This document shows, in pieces, positions 45,447 to 47,958 of a DNA stretch of 47,958 nt (positions within the stretch are counted from its first letter, which is position 1; each line of letters starts with the position of its first letter). Source of the stretch: a virus (taxonomy: Duplodnaviria > Caudoviricetes); IMG/VR virus record IMGVR_UViG_3300037478_000109, positions 1 through 47,958 of that record; one strand, written 5' to 3'. Both the position numbers and the translations under genes were made by a program. A model generated the notes under the pieces. That model searched no databases. It saw only the letters and a list, made by a program, of their open reading frames with translations, and had not been told where the DNA came from.

Positions 45447-45686
45447 CTAGTAGAACCCCAGAATCCCGGTGGCCCCGCCCGCCGCGGTGACGTGCGTCGC
45501 CCGGATGGGGTGAATCACGCCCTGCGCCAGGTCGGCCAGGGTGACGGACTCGCCGGACTCCATGGTTACGACCACGCTGCCCGTGCCTCCGACGTAGAGC
45601 CCCCGGATAAGGCGGGGGAGCGGGGTCGCGCCCGCGGTGATGGCGAACGCGCCGCGCGCGGACCCCAGTTGATGTTCTGCGGCCAT
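45447..45686 (-). CDS. Head spike base-like protein (RcGTA Rcc01079-like)
   Basis: 79 aa, AFAIT...RGLYVGGTGSVVVTM...G..HPIRATHV...ATGI, recognised by eye. Confidence 0.7.
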   Translation of the reverse strand: MAAEHQLGSARGAFAITAGATPLPRLIRGLYVGGTGSVVVTMESGESVTLADLAQGVIHPIRATHVTAAGGATGILGFY

Positions 45687-45689
45687 GAT

Positions 45690-45887
45690 TTAGCCTCCGA
45701 GTGCTACTGGCATCAGAAGCGCCAGTACGAGTGAAATGCCAATCCCGATCGTGATAGACGCGCGGGTCAGTGTGCCGAGGACGGGGTCGGGGGGTGTCCC
45801 CGCCCCGGCCCAGGCGTCATCGTCCCAGGTGCTCGTGGCCCACGTGTCAGCGGCCCACGCGCTCCCCACGGTTCCTGGGAAGGGCAT
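45690..45887 (-). CDS. Small protein with Trp pentapeptide repeats and hydrophobic C-terminus
   Basis: SAWAADTWATSTWDDDAWA; ITIGIGISLVLALL; TAATG coupling. Confidence 0.6.
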   Translation of the reverse strand: MPFPGTVGSAWAADTWATSTWDDDAWAGAGTPPDPVLGTLTRASITIGIGISLVLALLMPVALGG

Positions 45888-46648
45888 TAGGCCGGCCCCC
45901 ACTCAGTGCCGACGGTTCCGTCACCAGTCAGCGCCGCGTCGTTGATGCTCTGGACGTTCGCGTCGAGTTCATTCGCCACAGTGAACGTGAGGTCGTCCGT
46001 CTTAGCCTTGATCGCGTCGATCAGCAAGTCGAGCCGACCGCCATCCTCCAGGTCGTCCACGATCTGCTGGAGCGCAGCCTCATCCAATCCCGTGAGACTC
46101 ACCGCCGTCAGTTGGTCACCCGTTCCGCCTGCCTCAGTCAGCGCGGTTCCATCCGCGTCAGCCATCGGGAAAGCGGTGGTCTGATCGTACTTCCCAGCCG
46201 TGATCGCGTCGTCCTCCAGGGCCATCTCAGAACCAGGCACAGCGGCACCATAGTCAGTCAGCGCCGTATCCGCTTCCGCGTTCACGTCAGCCTTCTGCTG
46301 CGTGGTCAGTCCATCGGCCTGGACGGCGAAGCGGTCGATGGCCACCCCCTCCACGGGGACCCCGTCAACCGTGCCGGCATTGAAAGCGACCGTGTATTCG
46401 TCGCCTGCTGCCGCCGTAATGTTCGCGTCGTCGAGGTCGATATCGTACTCATGCCTGCCTGTATCGTCTTCGTCAACACGTAGTGTGATCCCAGCGCCCG
46501 TGATCTCGGTCCGCACGCCGGCGCGAATCCGGTTGAGGCGCAGGGACGGGGTGCCGGCGAGTGTGATTAGCTCTACGGTGACGGCGTCGAACGTGTTGAA
46601 CTCGCCGTAGACTGTCTCGTCTGGCGCGTATGTGGCTCTTGGTAGCAT
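45887..46648 (-). CDS. Acidic virion fibre/adaptor-like protein
   Basis: Ig-like N-terminus; ADVNAEADTALTDY, IDAIKAKTDDLTFT, DANVQSIN, GDGT..WGP. Confidence 0.68.
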   Translation of the reverse strand: MLPRATYAPDETVYGEFNTFDAVTVELITLAGTPSLRLNRIRAGVRTEITGAGITLRVDEDDTGRHEYDIDLDDANITAAAGDEYTVAFNAGTVDGVPVEGVAIDRFAVQADGLTTQQKADVNAEADTALTDYGAAVPGSEMALEDDAITAGKYDQTTAFPMADADGTALTEAGGTGDQLTAVSLTGLDEAALQQIVDDLEDGGRLDLLIDAIKAKTDDLTFTVANELDANVQSINDAALTGDGTVGTEWGPA

Positions 46649-46664
46649 ATTAAGCACCTCGGGG

Positions 46665-47741
46665 TCAGCCTATGAGTCGTGAACGTAGCAGTGGGGAGTG
46701 AAGCAGTTTGCTGTGGCCAACGAGCGGGGATCCGGCGCCGCCGCCGGCCGCGCTAATCAGGAACGTCTCGTCTGCCTCAAGCGCACCAGCGGACGTCACG
46801 AGCGCAGCCGCGGGGATGGTGACGGTGATCGTCTCGTCAGCCGTGATATCGTAAGCGGCGGCCGCCGTGAGCGTGATTGTGACGACCGTGTCGGACGTGC
46901 GCACGACGGCGCCGACCACCTCCTTGTCTCGTACCTCGGCGTTCCAGCCGGTCGCCTCGGACTGCGCGCTGTCGAGTCCGTCGATGATCGCCTGACGCTG
47001 TGCCGCGAACGTACCGTCATCGGCCACCCACGTGTCAGCCGTGAGTGTGACGATCAGCGTCTCGCCGCCGTCCACGACCATGGCTTCGGTCGCGCCATCC
47101 GCTATGGTTCCCGTGAGGGCCGCGGAAGGTGACGCCGCCGCCCCGATCGCCCACGTCACGCTTTCGAGTAGGCACGCCTCGCCAAGCGCGGTCAGCGTGT
47201 CCGCAGGGACGATGAATCCAAGGGCCACGCGCCGAGCGGGGGCCAGCACGCTGTTCGCCATCTCCGCGCCATCCTCATAGGCGAAGAACACGTGGCGGGA
47301 CGAGTTGAAGTGATAGGCGATCGAGTCGGCTTCCGGTCCGAGCCCGGTCGCGCGATAGGTAGCGTGGTTGGACTCCGCGATCGTCTGATCGCCATTCGCG
47401 AGCCCCGCCGCAACCGCTATTTCATGCGTGTCGTCCGTTACGGCGATCGTTGTGCCAGAGCCGTTCCCGAACAGCGACGAGGTTAGCTCCAGGGCCACCA
47501 TCCAACTAGAGTTGGTAGCCGCTGCGACCACGGGCACTGCCAAGTCCCTATAGCTCGTGCCGACCTCGCTGTCGCTGACGCTATGCCCAATCACGATGCA
47601 GTCGTAGTCACCCGCATCACCGGGGATCGGGTCGGCACCACCGTCCACGTCGTGCTGCGTGACCGTGTGCTCGGTTTCTAGCAGCGTGACGATATCGGCG
47701 TCGCTGAGGACTCCGTCGTGGACGTAGAGTAGGTCAGCCAT
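46665..47741 (-). CDS. Two-domain virion-associated protein (alpha/beta domain + Ig-like domain + short basic tail)
   Basis: YDCIVIGHSV...APARRVALGF...LLESVTWA; VVRTSDTVVTITL; ends SPLVGHSKLLHSPLLRSRLIG. Confidence 0.68.
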   Translation of the reverse strand: MADLLYVHDGVLSDADIVTLLETEHTVTQHDVDGGADPIPGDAGDYDCIVIGHSVSDSEVGTSYRDLAVPVVAAATNSSWMVALELTSSLFGNGSGTTIAVTDDTHEIAVAAGLANGDQTIAESNHATYRATGLGPEADSIAYHFNSSRHVFFAYEDGAEMANSVLAPARRVALGFIVPADTLTALGEACLLESVTWAIGAAASPSAALTGTIADGATEAMVVDGGETLIVTLTADTWVADDGTFAAQRQAIIDGLDSAQSEATGWNAEVRDKEVVGAVVRTSDTVVTITLTAAAAYDITADETITVTIPAAALVTSAGALEADETFLISAAGGGAGSPLVGHSKLLHSPLLRSRLIG

Positions 47742-47958
47742 TATGCGACCTCCGCTCCTTTGGTGCCTAGGTTTGTCGTCCGGGCAGTGCCGGTCAACAG
47801 CATGTCTTCGTCGTAGATGTCGTTGATGTCCGAGAACGTGACATTGCCGGTCGCGGTAGTGAACTCCTCACTCAAGCTGCTCACGATGTTGTCGATAGCG
47901 CGATAGTCGCCAGAGAGCGGGAGGTCGGCGTTCGGGGTCTTCAAGAGGCTGATGCCGA
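47741..47958 (-). CDS. C-terminal fragment of a large protein entering from the window end, probably the gene starting at 1500
   Basis: Frame is open to the window edge (GISLLKTPNAD...NLGTKGAEVA stop); TAATG-coupled to the next gene. Confidence 0.6.
   Translation of the reverse strand, partial: GISLLKTPNADLPLSGDYRAIDNIVSSLSEEFTTATGNVTFSDINDIYDEDMLLTGTARTTNLGTKGAEVA

Noticed and set aside
47941-47958. Exact circular closure via the shared CGA at both ends
   Set aside because: Three bases is chance level, and joining with or without the overlap breaks the reading frame.

Overview
The window is a near-complete, circularly permuted, high-GC tailed-phage genome with podovirus-type architecture: no tape measure or tail tube, but a P22 gp10-like tail hub and ejection proteins. 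Early, middle and replication genes run on + (4084-23340): small early cassettes, an intein-split metallophosphoesterase, resolvase, SNF2 helicase, HD hydrolase, DUF2800 exonuclease, DUF2815 SSB, PolA, primpol-D5 helicase, DUF5664 and a truncated tyrosine integrase. Virion and lysis genes run on - from a tRNA-fMet/terS unit near 3575, across the window ends, and down to 23629. The arms diverge at a control region (3580-4080) and converge at an attP that carries the 3' half of tRNA-Val(UAC). The most notable signals are non-coding: (1) a 28-bp XerC/XerD dif-like site at 1823-1850, about 1 kb downstream of terS, in a phage whose own integrase is broken, suggesting host XerCD may circularise or resolve the genome; (2) an 18-bp box at a fixed 20 bp from a -10 element upstream of both the tRNA/terS and scaffold/capsid units; (3) three TTGTAG-N7-CTACAA operators around the early promoter; (4) inverted DnaA-box-like iterons; (5) early genes bounded by 33-bp direct repeats. 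Also notable are a head-fibre-like cluster between terS and terL, a hidden antisense 28-aa membrane peptide and a Cys-rich insertion in PolA. Family names come from motif recognition by eye, not database searches. A Gemmatimonadota-like host is a tentative inference.
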